Shown one piece after another: positions 30,784 through 42,866 of a stretch of DNA of 64,000 bases. Position numbers and translations under genes: made by a program. The stretch is from an uncultured delta proteobacterium (GTDB lineage Bacteria > Myxococcota_A > Polyangia > Fen-1088): positions 96,001-160,000 of the forward strand of contig CAWCMR010000005.1 in NCBI GenBank assembly GCA_963796685.1, in the 5' to 3' direction. The notes beneath the pieces were generated by a model. It worked only from the letters and a program-made list of their open reading frames with translations. It made no database searches and was not told the DNA's origin. The stretch's first letter is position 1, and each line of letters opens with the position of its first letter.

Positions 30784-33256
30784 GTGGTAACGAAGAAAGA
30801 CAAGCACCTCGCAGCAGCGCAGAAGTACTTGGAGCGGGGAAGCTTCGAGAAGGCCTTGGCGGAGTTTCAGAACGCCGTCAAGGAGGACACGAAGGACACC
30901 CGCACCTGGCTTCGCATGGCCGAGATCTATGTTCGTCTCGGCCACAATGACAAAGCCACCGAGGTCTATCAGAAAACCGTCGATCTCTACGTCGAGCAAG
31001 GCTTCTTCCAGCGCGCCGTCGCCGTCTACAAGAACATCATCAAGCTCTCGCCGGATTTCGTCGATGCCCGCATCAAGCTTGCCGAGGTCTTTCGCCAGCT
31101 CGGGCTGCTCTCGGACGCAGTCCAGCAACTGGAGCAGGCTGCCGTGCTCTATCAAAAGACGAACCGCCAGGCCGAGGCGCTGAACGCGTTCAAGCAGATC
31201 ATCGACCTCAACCCCGAGCAACCCAATCCGCGTATCCGCTACGCCGAGCTCGCATCCCAGACCGGGGCCATCAAGGAGGCCGTCGCCGAATTCTCCGAGG
31301 CCGCGCGCCTGGTCAAGGCGCAAGGACGGACCGAGGAATTCCTGCGCGTGGCGGAGCGGCTTCTGCACTACGACCCGGACAACCACGCCATGGCCATGGA
31401 AGTGGCGGCAAAATACCTGGACCACAACAACGCGCGCGCGGCGCTCTCCCGTCTCAAATCGGTGTTCGAAGCCAAGCAGCGCGATCCCGCGGTCCTGGAT
31501 CTGCTGGCGCGCACCTTCGAGCAACTCGGTCAGCCCCACAAGACCCTGCCCGTGCTCAAGGAGCTGGCGCGCGTCTACGCGGAAAGCGGTCGTATCAGCG
31601 AGCGCAACCAAACCGCCCAGCGCGTGCTGTCCATGGATCCGAATGACGCAGAGATGCACGAGCTTCTGGGCAAACCCCACAGCAGCCTGGCCAAGACCCC
31701 TCAGGCGCCCACCTCGGCCAAGCTGACCACGCCCTCGTCCATGCCCATGCCTTCGCTGACGCCCCTGCCCACGACCGGCACGACCGGTTTGAACAAGCGT
31801 CCCGTGTCGATCACCTTCAGCGAAATGGAGGTGCCCCAGGCCCTGCGCAACAAGTACGTCAGCCTGCCCGCGGAGCCCATGGCCGCAACCATGTCCGAGC
31901 GCCTCAACATCGCATCGGGCATGGTCGAAAAATCCGACGACGATGCCGAGGTCAAACGCATCCTGGCCGAAGCCGACGTGTTCGTGAAATACGGGCTCGT
32001 CGACCGCGCGGCGGATCACTTGCGGCGCGTGTTCGACCGCGTTCCCACCCATCAAGGTGCGCACGAGCGACTGGCGGCGGTGCTCGTGCAACTGGGGCGC
32101 AAGGCCGAAGCTGCCGCCGAATACGAGGTCCTGGCCCAGCAATGCACGGCCAGCAAGCCGGCCGGCGCCGCGGGGTATGCGCGCAAGGCTCTCGAGCTCA
32201 ACCCGTCGGCGCGGCGGGCGCTTGAGGTCTTGGGCATCGTGGCGTCATCGCTCCCGGCCGAAGAGGCTCCCTCGGACGAAAGCTCGATTCCGGCGGGCAT
32301 GGGCACACCCGAACCGGACATCATCGAGAGCGACGAAATCGAGCTGCTCGGCGAGATGGCGGAGCCCGAGGAATTCACCGGCGAAGAGGGGGGCGCGGCG
32401 ACCGGTAGCAGCATGGATCGCACCCGCGGCGGCCCATCCGCCTCGGACGCGGGAGACGATGTCGAGCAGGACGAGCTTGCGGCGGGCCCGACCCAAGTCG
32501 GCAACACCCCCCTGCCCGAGGTCGTGGCCCAGGAATACACGGAGCCCACGAGTCTGTCGTCGGCTCGGGAGCAGGCCCCTTCCGCATCCGATGACGCCTT
32601 CCTGGCGGACCTGGAGCAGGTGGACTTCTTCATCGAGCAGGGGTTGACGGACGAGGCCACGGCCATGCTCGAGGAGATGGACGGCCGGTTTCCCGGTCAT
32701 GCGCTTGTTGCCGACAGGCGGCAGCGCTTGACCGAGCTTCCAGTCCAGCTCGGAGTCGTCGGCGTCGTCGCAAGGCGCGGTTCCGGCCCTGGTTCACGGC
32801 GACCCGACCGAGTCCACGCGAAATCTTCGCAAGCCGGCTGCCTCTTTTCCGCGCACGACAGCCGCCCAGCCGCAAGAGCACGACATCGACACGCACGCGG
32901 ATCTGGGTATCATGGAGAAGACGATGGAGCGCTACGACGCGGCCATCGAGCATTTCAAGGCGGTCATGGAGGACCCCAAACGCGAGGTCTTCGCCTTGTC
33001 CATGATCGGCGAATGCTCCGAGGCCCTTGGCGATTCCGCCGAGGCCATCCGCTGCTACCAGGACGCGCTCAAACGGCCAACCGCGACGAAGGCCGAGGCG
33101 ACCCAGCTCTACTTCCAGCTCGGGAACGTCTTCTACAACCTGGGCGATCACAGCGAAGCGCTCTACTACTTCGAGCGTGTCTACAAGCGCGACCCCAATT
33201 TCCGCGACATCCAGCACCGCCTCTCCGAGGTAAAATCTCGCGCCGCGTCTCGGTAG
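30784..33256 (+). CDS. sgmX: SgmX-like TPR protein (~823 aa after correcting a +1 frameshift near 32740)
   Basis: N-terminal TPRs (KDKHLAAAQKY, QGFFQRAVAVYKNI), EADVFVKYGL, acidic linker. The C-terminal TPRs (DTHADLGIMEKTM...DPNFRDI) are in the +1 frame. Follows accC. Confidence 0.72.
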
Positions 33257-33426
33257 CCATCGACGCAGGAAGGCGACGAGCCCCTTGGAATTGGCGCTGC
33301 GCTGTCGCTCTTCTGTCGCGGGACGAGGGGCACGCCTAAACCCTTGGTTTCCTTGCGCCCTGGTGCTAGTTTCGCGCCCTCGGTTGTTGTTTTTTCGAGA
33401 CGACCGCTCTATCACCGGAGGGCCGC

Positions 33427-36400
33427 ATGCCCAGCGAGCGCGAGTATGAACAGGCCTTACAACACGAGCCAGGCCACAACGAGGCCTTTCTCTTCCTGCG
33501 CAGATCCTATCGGGAATCTGGGCGATTCGACAAGCTCGTAACCCTGTACGAAACGCGCGCCCAGGCCATCCCGGATCAAACCAAGGCCGCCGAGCTCTTC
33601 TATCTGGCGGCGGAGGTGCGCGTCGATCATCTGTCGGACGTCGCCGGCGCCGAGGCCGACTTGGCTCATGCCGTCAGCCGCGACGCGACCCATCGCAAGG
33701 CCGTCAAACGACTCAAGAACATCTACCGCGAACAGGGCCGCTCCGGGGAATACCTCAACATGCTCGAGGTAGAGGCCGCTGCTTTGGGTCAGGCGCGCGA
33801 TACGGCGCGCATCGATGAATTGCGCGCCGAAATCGACCGCGCCTACGGCCAGCACATCGCACGCATCGAGAACGCCTTGACCACCCCGGGCTTGCGCGCC
33901 GAGGTCACCACCGAACAACTCAAGATCGTCGAGGCCGTGCGCAAGATCCATGGCGCACTTGGCGACTATCCCATGGTCTGCCGGCTGTACGAGATCGAGC
34001 TGGCTGGAACCACCGATCCCAAACGGCGCATCGGGCTCATGTTCCGCCTCGGGCGTGTCTTGGCGGAAAAGATCGGCGATCTACCGCAGGCGGCCCAGAA
34101 GCTGAGCGACGTGGTCCGACTCTATCCGCGCGACGACAAGGCCCTGGAAGCGCTGGCGTCGGTCTTCGCCAACCCCAATTGGAACGGGGCCGACGGACCC
34201 GAGCGCGCAGCGGGCCTGTACAACCAGATCGCGCGCCGGCGCCACGAGGCCGGCGACGTGGACAACGCGGTGGCGGCCCTGCGCAAGGCGCTCGGCGCGG
34301 TGCCCTTCCACGCCGAGGCCCTGGCCTTGCTCGAACGCGTGCTGAGCGAGGCCAATCGCTTCGCCGATCTGGATCGATTCCTGCGCGAACGCGTGTCCCA
34401 GGCGCGAACCAGCAGCGAGAAGATCGAGATCCTGACCAAACGCGCACGCCTGGCCGAGACCTCGCTGGGCGACGTCGAGGAAGCCATCCGGACCTACGAG
34501 CAAGTTTCGGCGCTGGAGCCCCCGGGTGGACCGGCGACGCGACACCTGGCCAAGCTGTATGCGGGCAGGCACGACTACGGCAAGCTGGCCGAGCTGCGCG
34601 AAAAGCAGCTCGAACGCACCACCGAGCCCGAGGCACGGCTGGCGCTGCTGCGCGAGCTGGCCTCGCTGTACCACGACCGCCTGGGCGACCGCGAGCAAGC
34701 CGCCGTCTACCTGCACGCGATCCTGCAGGACAACCCCAGCGATGCGGAAGCGCTCAAGGCGTACGCCGAGCACTTCCGCGCGCGCGGCTCTTTCCGCGAG
34801 CTGGCCGATCTGCTCGAATTCGCAGCCGAGCACGACCTCAAGCAGGGCGTGCCGGTCGAAGAACTGCTGCCGCGCCTGGAAGAAGTGGCGGCCTTGGTGG
34901 AAGGCAAGCTCGGCGATCTGGACCGCACCCTGGCGGTATGGCGCCGCGTCTGGGAGCTTTCGCCCGGCTACGAGCGCGCGCGCGAGGCCCAGAAGCGCAT
35001 CCTGCAGAAGACCAAGCAGTGGGCCCAGATGGTGCCCCTGTTCATCGACGAGGCGGAGCGGGCGGAAGATACGGAGCAGAAGATCGACATCCTGCATCGC
35101 CTGGCCCGCCTGCACAGCGAAAAGCTGGGCAACGTCGATGACGCCATCGCGGTGTACCTGCAGATCCTGGCCCTCGATCCGCGCGAATCGGTGGCCCTGC
35201 GCAATGTGGTCGAAACCTACGAGAAGAACGAGCGCTGGTCGCAGTTGGCGCCGCTTCTGCGCAGCCAATGCGAGATTGCGCCCACCGAGGCCGAAAAGGT
35301 CACCATCCTGCGCCGTCTGCTCGTCGTCAACATGGAGAAGCTCACGGATCTCCCGGCGGCCTCCTTGGACGCGACCCAGATTCTGAAGTTCATTCCGGGC
35401 GACAACGACGCCTTGCTGCGCCTGGAGTCCATCCTGGAACAGTCGGGGGACAAGCCGCGCCTGGTGAAGATGCTCGAATACCACCTGCGCTACGCGGGGT
35501 CGGCGGCCGAGAAGCTCCACATCATCAAACGCATCGCCGGCCTGCTCCAGGATCACCTCAAGGATTTCGCCAAGGCCGTGCCCTACTGGGAGAAGGTCGT
35601 CAAGCATGTCCCCGGCGACGTGGAGGCCATCGACGCGTTGCTGGTGGCCCACGAGCACCTGGGCCGGCACGAGGATCTGGCGCGCGTTCTCGACTTGCGG
35701 GTCAAGGCCAAGGCGGGCGATCCGGCAGCCCAGGTGGAAACTCTGCGCCGACTGGCGCGCCTGGCGAGCGGCGAGCTCAAGGAAACCAGCCGATCGGAAA
35801 ATGCCTGGGAAGACCTGCTCAAGCTGCAGCCGTCGGACCGCGAGGCGCTGGAGGCGCTGTCGGTCATCGCGGCGGACATGGGCGATTTCGCCAACTTGAC
35901 GGATCTGCTGCTGCGTCGGATCGGCATCGCCGCCAGCCCCGCCGAGGCCACGAGCCTGGCCCTCGAACGCGCCCGCTTGTTCGAGGAAGAGCTGCAAGGA
36001 TCCCGCCGAGGCCGCGTCGGCGCTCGAACGGATCATCAATGAAATGGATCCGGCCAACCTCGAAGCCCATGTGGCCTTGCGCCGCGTGGCCGAGGAGATG
36101 CAGGACTGGCCGCGCGTCGTGGCCGTGGCGGAGCGCCACTTGGCGCTGACGCCGGAAACCGAGGAACGCGTCAGGCGCGCCCTGGAGATCGGATGGCTGT
36201 GTCGCGAGCGTCTCGCCGATCCGGCCAAGGCGGTGCGCGCCTACGAGCACGTGCTCGAGATCGACCCCGAACAAGCCGATGCGCTGGCCGCCCTGGCCGC
36301 GCTCCACACCGAGGCGCAGGATGGCGACCGGCTCATCGCCGTCGACGAGAAGCTGCTGGCCCTGGCCAAGGATGCGGAGGAGCGCCGTCGCTTGATGTTC

Positions 36401-39400
36401 GAAATGGCGGCGGCCGCCGAGCAGATGCTCAAGAAACCGCGCCAGGCGTTCGAATGGTACCGCCGCGCCTACCACGAACAGCCGGACGAGACCACCCTCG
36501 GGCGTCTGGAAAGCACCGCCGAGACCTACGCGCTGTGGGAGGATCTCATCGGTGTCTACCTCGGCGAAGGCGCGCGCTCGACGGATGCGCGCGATCAGGT
36601 GGAGGTGGCGCGCAAGGTGGCGGATCTATGCGAGGAGCGCCTGCACGCGCCCGCCCGCGCCTTCGCGGTGCTGCGCGAGGCGATCGTCCACGAACCCGAC
36701 GCGACGACCTTGCTGCCCGAGCTCGAACGACTGGGTCGCGACATCGCCGACTGGCAGGGCCTGCTCGACGTCTATGCCCAGGTCGCGCGCGGCCGGGCCG
36801 ACACCCAGGAAAGAATCGCCCTCTTGCGCCAGCGCGCCAAGGTTCGCGAAGAGGACATGAAGGATCCCTCGGGTGCCTTCGACGAGCACCTGCGGGCCTT
36901 CGTGCTCGACCCCGAGAGCGAGACCTCGCACCAGGAGATCCTGCGTCTGGCCGAGGTCACCGGGCGCTGGGAAGACGCCTTGAACGTGGAGGGCCAGCTC
37001 TTCGCCCGCGCCGAAGACCTGGAAGAAAAGGTCTGGATTTCCCGCCGCGCGGCCGAGCTGGTCGAAACCAAGATCAAGGACGATGTCCGCGCCTTCCGCG
37101 CCTACCTCGGCGCCTTTCGCTTGGCGCCCGAGGAACAAGCCATCACCGACTGCTTGTGGCGCCTGGCCGAGAAGATCGGCACCTACGCCACCGAGCCCGC
37201 GCGCGAGCTCACCCCCAAGCCTTTGCCCGTGCCGGTCAAGGCCGACACGCGGAGCGCGGACGCCAAGGATGGCGCCGAGCCCACGGTCGAGCTGGAGCCC
37301 GAGCAGATCACGGGCGAGATCGACATCCTCGATGTCGACATCCTCGAGGAAACGCCGCCTCCCCAATCGGGCGGCTACCCGATGGCGCCGATGCTCGCCA
37401 CCCAGTTCGAGAGCCCGTGGCACGAATGGGTGCAGGCCTACGAGCTCCTCAACGCCGATGTGATTACCCGGCACCGCTACCTGGCGAAGGTGGCGGACAT
37501 CTGGATGCGTGGGGCGCACAACGTGGACCGCGCGCTCGAGGCCCTGGAGCGGGCCTTCGTGCTCAACACCAGCGACGAAACCGTGTGCGAAGAGATGGAG
37601 CGGCTGGCCAAGAGCGAGAACCGCTGGGACGCCGTATGCGCCATCTACCAGCGGGCGGCCGAGCATGGGTCACGCGCCGACATGGTCGCGTTCAACCTGC
37701 GTGTGGCCCACATCCGCGAAGAGTTGGGCCAGGTCGAGCTGGCGGAAGAGCGCTATCGCGCCGTGATTGTGCTCGAGCCCAGCGATCCGGAATCGCTCGA
37801 TCGCCTGGAGAACATCTACCGCAGCACCGCGCGCTGGTCGGATCTGGCGACCGTGCTCGAGCGCTGCACGCTGGTCAACGACGGGCGCCTGGAAGGCCCG
37901 CGGATGCGGCGCAAGGCCTTCGAGCTGGCCGAGCTCTACGAACAGCGGCTGGAACGTCCCTATGAAGCGGTCGACACGCTGGAGAAGTACGTTGCCAGCA
38001 TCGAGGAAGAAAAGCTCGGCGAAGACGGCTCGCAACGCAGCCCCGACCTCATCGCCGAAGCGCGTGCGGGCTACTCGGCGTTGGCGCGCTTGCTCGGCAA
38101 GGTCGGCCTGGCGCAAAAGGCGGCGGCGGCCTTGCAACGCGAGCTCGAGCTGGCGGGAGACGGCGAAGGCGCGCGTGAGGCGCGCGGACACTTGGCCGAG
38201 ATCTATGAGCGCGAGCTTGCCCTGCCGGCAAAGGCCATCGAGGTCCTGGAGGCCATCTTGGCCAGCTCGCCCGACGACGCCGCCGCCCTGGCCTCGCTCG
38301 ATCGTCTGCACACCGGGGCCGGCCACTTCGAGGCCCTTGCCAATGTGCTCGAACACCGTATTCGCATCGCCGAACCGGCCGAGCGCGCCGACCTCATCTG
38401 GCGGCGCGCGCGCGTTCTCGAGGAGAAGCTCGGCAACCCCGACGCCGCGGCCGCGTGCCTGCGCGGGCTCGGTCCCGATGCCCTGTCCGACCCGGACACG
38501 GCCACGGCCCTTCTGCGCAACCTGCGGAGCGCGGGGCTGTCCCACGAGGCCATGCGTATCCTCGAACAGCGCATCGTGGCCCTGCGCACCAACGACGAGA
38601 ACCCCGAGCTCATCGCGGCCCTCTACCTCGAAAAGGCGCAGCTCAAGTCGGATGACCTGGGCGACATGGAAGGGGCGCTCGACGCCATCGAGTCGGCACT
38701 CGCCATCGCCCCCACGTCCAGCACTGCGCTGTCGGCCCTGGCGCGTTTCCACCTCAAGCGCAACGACTTCAAGGCCTACGCGGCCGCGCTGCTCAGGCAG
38801 GCGGACGCCATGCAAGGCCAGCCCGACCAGGCCGCGGTCCTGCTGGAGGCCGCGGCGGTGTTTCGCGACCAACTGTCCGACGACCTTCAGGCGCGGATCT
38901 GCTTCGAACGGGCGGTGAAGGAACACCCGTCGAACCCCGATGCGCTGAGCGCGCTCGCGTCGCTCGAAGCCGCGCAAGGTCGCACCGACGAGGCCAGGGC
39001 CCTGTACGAACGCCAACTCGAGGTGTGCGATTCGCCCGCGGCCAAGGCCGTGGTGTTGACCAACCTGGCGCGGGTTCTGTTCGAGAATCCCGAGCTCATC
39101 AGCGAGGCCGAGGCGCGCCTGGACCAAGCGCTCGATCTCGACCCGGGGCACCTCCCCGCGGTCATCACCATGGCCGACATCTACTACCGCGAGCAGCAGT
39201 GGAGCAAAGCCGAGCGCCGCCTCAACGAGGCCCTGCGCCGCTTGCGCGGACAGCCGGAGCAGACCGCACGGCTGTACCATCGCCTGGGCGAGGTCTACGA
39301 GAAGCTCGGCCGCCTGGAGGAAGGCTACCGCCAACTCGTCGAAGCAGACCGAGCCATGCCCGGCCAGCTCATGCTCCGCATCGCTCTCGGCGAAAACCGC

Positions 39401-41365
39401 TTCCAGGCACGGCGCTGGCGCGAGGCCACCATGCACTTCGAGTCCATCGCGGAGCATGAAATGGCCACGCAATACCCGGAAGAGGTTGCCCAGGCGCTGA
39501 CCCACGCCGCGCAGGCCGAGCTGAAGTTGCGCCGTCCCGAGCGAGCGGCGGCGCTGCATGAAGCCGCCCTGCGCTTCTCCCCCAGCCATCCCCAGACTTT
39601 GCGCGCGCTCGCCGACTTGGCCATCGAGCGCGGCGACAAGCTCGAAGCGGCGAAGTCCCTGCGCCGGGTGGCGGAGTCGTCCGCCGATCAAAACGAGCAG
39701 GCGCAGATCTTCGAGCAAATCGGGGACCTGCAGCTGGCGCTGGGCAACAAGGATGCGGCCCGGTCCGCCTATCTGGACGCTGCATCGATGGTCGAGAAGG
39801 TCGAGCCCTCCCACATTCCGCTGTTGGAGAAGTTGCTCGATCTGCAGCGCGGCGACGGCGCGGTAACCGACGCCATCGTCACCGCGCAGCGGATTGCCGG
39901 CGCCGTGGAAGACGCCGGCGAGCGGGCCGGACGGCGACGGGAAGTGGCGAAATTGCAGATGGAGATCGGCGACTACGCCGACGCCGCCGAGACCCTGGAG
40001 AAGGTTCTGGAGGACAATCCGACGGACGAGGCGGCGCTGCACGACCTGTGCACGGCGTACAACCACGCGGGACGAGCGGCCAGTGTCGCCGCCACGCTCG
40101 AACGGTTGCTGCCCGGTCTGCCCACGACCTCGGATCCGGTAGCCGAACGCGGTCGGGCCGCGCTGTGGGAAGAGATGGGGAATGCCGTCGCGGACCGCGA
40201 CCTTGCGGCCGGTATCGCGGCGCTGGAACAAGCCGTGGTCCTCGATACCGAGCGCCTGTCCGCGCGCCTGCAACTGGCCAAGCTGTACGCGCAGCATCCC
40301 AATCACACGGCGCTGGCGCTCGAGAACCATCGCTCGCTCGTCCGGCTCGACCCGACCTGCGAGGGATCCCTGCGCGCCCTGGCCACCGACTACCTGGCAA
40401 GCGGGCAGAGCGATCGCGGACGCTGCTGCCTCGAGCTCCTCGAGCTGCTGGGCCTGGCCACCGCGGAAGAGCAAGCGATCCTGGAAGCCCACGCCCTGCC
40501 CGTGCGCCCCACCGACGAGCCCTACGCGGGCAGCATCGGCGAAAGCGAGCGTCACGCCCAACTCGTCCACCCCGATACCGCGGTGGTGGCCGACGTGTTC
40601 GCCGCCCTGTGGGAGGGCGTGCCCGCCTTGAGCCAGGCCACGCTCGACAGCTTCGGCGTAGCCGCGAAAGACAAGGTGTCGGCCATCTCGGACATGGACG
40701 TGGCCAAGATCTTCAGCCAGGCCGGCAAGGCCCTGTCCAACCAGCGCGCGGGCCTTTATGTCCAACCCGAGGCCGACTTCGTGGGGATCCGGTTGGTTTC
40801 GGTCGTCCCGACGGCAATCGTCATCGGCAAACGCTACGCCGAGGAAGCCTCACCCCAAGAGCTGCGTTTCCGCATCGGACACTCCCTCGAGCTGCTGCGC
40901 CCCGAGTACGTTCTTGCGGCGACCATGGATCCGGTCGCGCTCGAGGACATGTTCACCGCCGCTCTCAAGGCGTTCCACCCCAAGCACAACCGCTGGCGCG
41001 CGGGCTCCGAGGACAGCGCGGCCGAGGAAGCCGCCAAGCTCAAGAAAGCCCTACCCTACAAGCTGGCCAAGCGCATCGCCGAGATATTCCAGGAGCACGC
41101 CGACGCGGACCTGAATTGCCAGCAGTGGCGCGCGGCGGTTCTCGAAACCGGCAACCGCGCCGGCCTGCTCCTGTGCGGCGACCTGCGCGTGGCGACGCAC
41201 GTGGTGCTGCGCGAGAGCACGGTCGGAGTGCCCGATGTCATCAGCCAAGAATACATGCGCGAGCAGGCCCAAAGGCCCGGCCCGCTGAAGGAGCTTCTGC
41301 GCTTCTTCGTCAGCCAGGAACACTTCGGTTTGCGCGATATCCTGGGCACGGCGGCGAAATTCTGA
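33427..41365 (+). CDS. Giant TPR protein, myxobacterial AgmK-like (~2645 aa after correcting a +1 frameshift near 35995)
   Basis: Continuous helical TPR-like repeats across ORFs 33427..36042 and 36044..41365. Deleting one C gives EEELKDPAEAASALERIINEMDP. Confidence 0.82.
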
Positions 41366-41413
41366 TGCGCATCGCCGGAGCGCCTCACAGGCCCACGGAA
41401 ACGCGACGTGGCG

Positions 41414-41442
41414 TTGACATGCCGCTCAGGGACGACTATAAG
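41414..41442 (+). promoter_or_regulatory. Sigma70 promoter of tRNA-Leu
   Basis: TTGACA-N17-TATAAG, 10 bp before the tRNA. Confidence 0.75.
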
Positions 41443-41452
41443 CCCCAACACC

Positions 41453-41535
41453 GCGAGGATGGCGGAACTGGTAGACGCACTAGCTTGAGGTGCTAGCGGT
41501 TAACAGCCATGGGGGTTCGAGTCCCCCTCTTCGCA
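41453..41535 (+). tRNA. tRNA-Leu(GAG)
   Basis: Acceptor GCGAGGA/TCTTCGC, D arm TGGCGGAACTGGTAGACGC, anticodon arm CTAGC-TTGAGGT-GCTAG, long variable arm, GGGGG-TTCGAGT-CCCCC. CCA not encoded. Confidence 0.96.
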
Positions 41536-41540
41536 CTGAG

Positions 41541-41571
41541 AACCCCTGGAAATACCGGGGGTTTTCTTTTT
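41541..41571 (+). terminator. Rho-independent terminator after tRNA-Leu
   Basis: AACCCCTGG-AAATA-CCGGGGGTT followed by TTCTTTTT. Confidence 0.8.
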
Positions 41572-41683
41572 CTGGCCTCGCTGTCGATGGCGAGTAGACG
41601 CTCTGTCGTGGGGAGGCCCTTGCTCATCAGCGGATCGAACATCTCCACCAGAAGGCCGCAGCCGCGCAGGAACCGGGGGGCTG

Positions 41684-41893
41684 CTACCGCCGCTTCGGGG
41701 CAGCACCAAAGCCGGACACCTGTATCCCCATTGAGGTGACGACGCCGATAGCGGCGTCGAGCGAGATGGTCGCCCCCTTGACCTTGTTCTCGGCGGGATT
41801 GAGCCGGACGTTTGTAACCCCGGCAAAGTTGGCGCGGGAAAGGTTGGTCTGATGGAACTGGCATCGGTCAAGGTTCGAGCATGGCCGTTCCAT
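41684..41893 (-). pseudogene. C-terminal fragment of a pentapeptide-repeat protein
   Basis: SNLDR CQFHQ TNLSR ANFAG repeats then LNPAENKVKGATISL...MGIQV; the N-terminal part is missing. Confidence 0.6.
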
Positions 41894-42096
41894 AGACCTT
41901 GGTGCGGTCTACCTGCAAGGCTGAGGCTCGTAAGTTCCGGTCCTACGAGCCTTGGCTGGTTGAAGCGGATATGGTCGCCGCAGGAACACCGTGTAGAATC
42001 GAGATGCCAGCTCGGCGGTGGGCTTGCAGCTGAGCGGCAGAGCGTTCGGCAGACGAACGACGAAGGCCTCTCGACAGCTCGAACGGAGCGATCTTC

Positions 42097-42531
42097 ATGA
42101 AGACGTGCTCTCTCCAAACTTCTGCGCGACCGGTTCTCGCACTCCTTCTGTCCTTGGCATGGGTAGGTTCATGCGGTGGGAGCTCCCCATCGTCCGACGC
42201 GTCTCTTCCCGCCTGCACTTGGTCACCAAGCTTTGAGCCGGGAGATGCGGCACCGGGACAATGCCAGGCAGCGCGCACCTACCTTTCGTGTCAGGGTTCA
42301 AACGGTGGTGGCATGCTTTGCTTGAGCACGAATGTCGCCGAATGCCCTGGTCCGAATCCGACACCAGGCGTGTCGTATTCCGAGTGCGCAGATCAGTGTG
42401 ACACCGAGGAGTACGCCCTGGCGTGCGGTGGTACCGGACCCGGACCTTGGCCTCAGCCTCCGGCAGCCTGCCGGACGTTGCCGTCAGGTCCAGGCGGCGG
42501 AACGATCTCGTGTTGTCCGTGCGGCCTATAA
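42097..42531 (+). CDS. Small Cys-rich lipoprotein
   Basis: Signal LLLSLAWVGSC, many Cys, ends CCPCGL. Confidence 0.65.
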   Translation: MKTCSLQTSARPVLALLLSLAWVGSCGGSSPSSDASLPACTWSPSFEPGDAAPGQCQAARTYLSCQGSNGGGMLCLSTNVAECPGPNPTPGVSYSECADQCDTEEYALACGGTGPGPWPQPPAACRTLPSGPGGGTISCCPCGL

Positions 42532-42677
42532 TCACAGCACCGGCTTGCTGCCGAACGGCAGGGCGTTAGCGGGATCTCATGCTTGTGCGAAAGGGAGAAC
42601 ATCTGAAGGAAGATCGTCGTGGCCTAGGCGCAAAGGGCGTCTAACATGCCGGTCGAGTAGCCAGGGGAGGTTGCCCT

Positions 42678-42812
42678 GAGCTACGTGAAAGGGCCGAGCT
42701 TACCCAGGATCAGCAGCGGAGCGTCTTGGCTTCGCGCTCGAGTACCTCCAGCGCATCGAGGGCGGCGGGGAGACTCTGACGGTCAGGTCCCTGATCAAGC
42801 TCTTGAGCTTCT
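42678..42812 (+). pseudogene. XRE-family helix-turn-helix regulator remnant
   Basis: ELRERAELTQDQ, then a frameshift, then AERLGFALEYLQRIEGGGETLTVRSLIKL; no intact start. Confidence 0.6.
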
Positions 42813-42866
42813 CGACCAGGGATGCTCAGCCACTGCTGGCCGTGTGCTGGAAATGGCCAGACCGAT

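Noticed and set aside
33427-36042. Programmed ribosomal frameshifting in the TPR, sgmX or OmpA genes
   Set aside because: No slippery heptamer or stimulatory structure was evident; the uniform +1 pattern fits sequencing error better.
37670-40765. Long antisense ORFs (e.g. 37670..40765, 34081..36228, 23221..25311, 13812..15623, 48555..50414)
   Set aside because: Shadow frames of real high-GC genes on the opposite strand.
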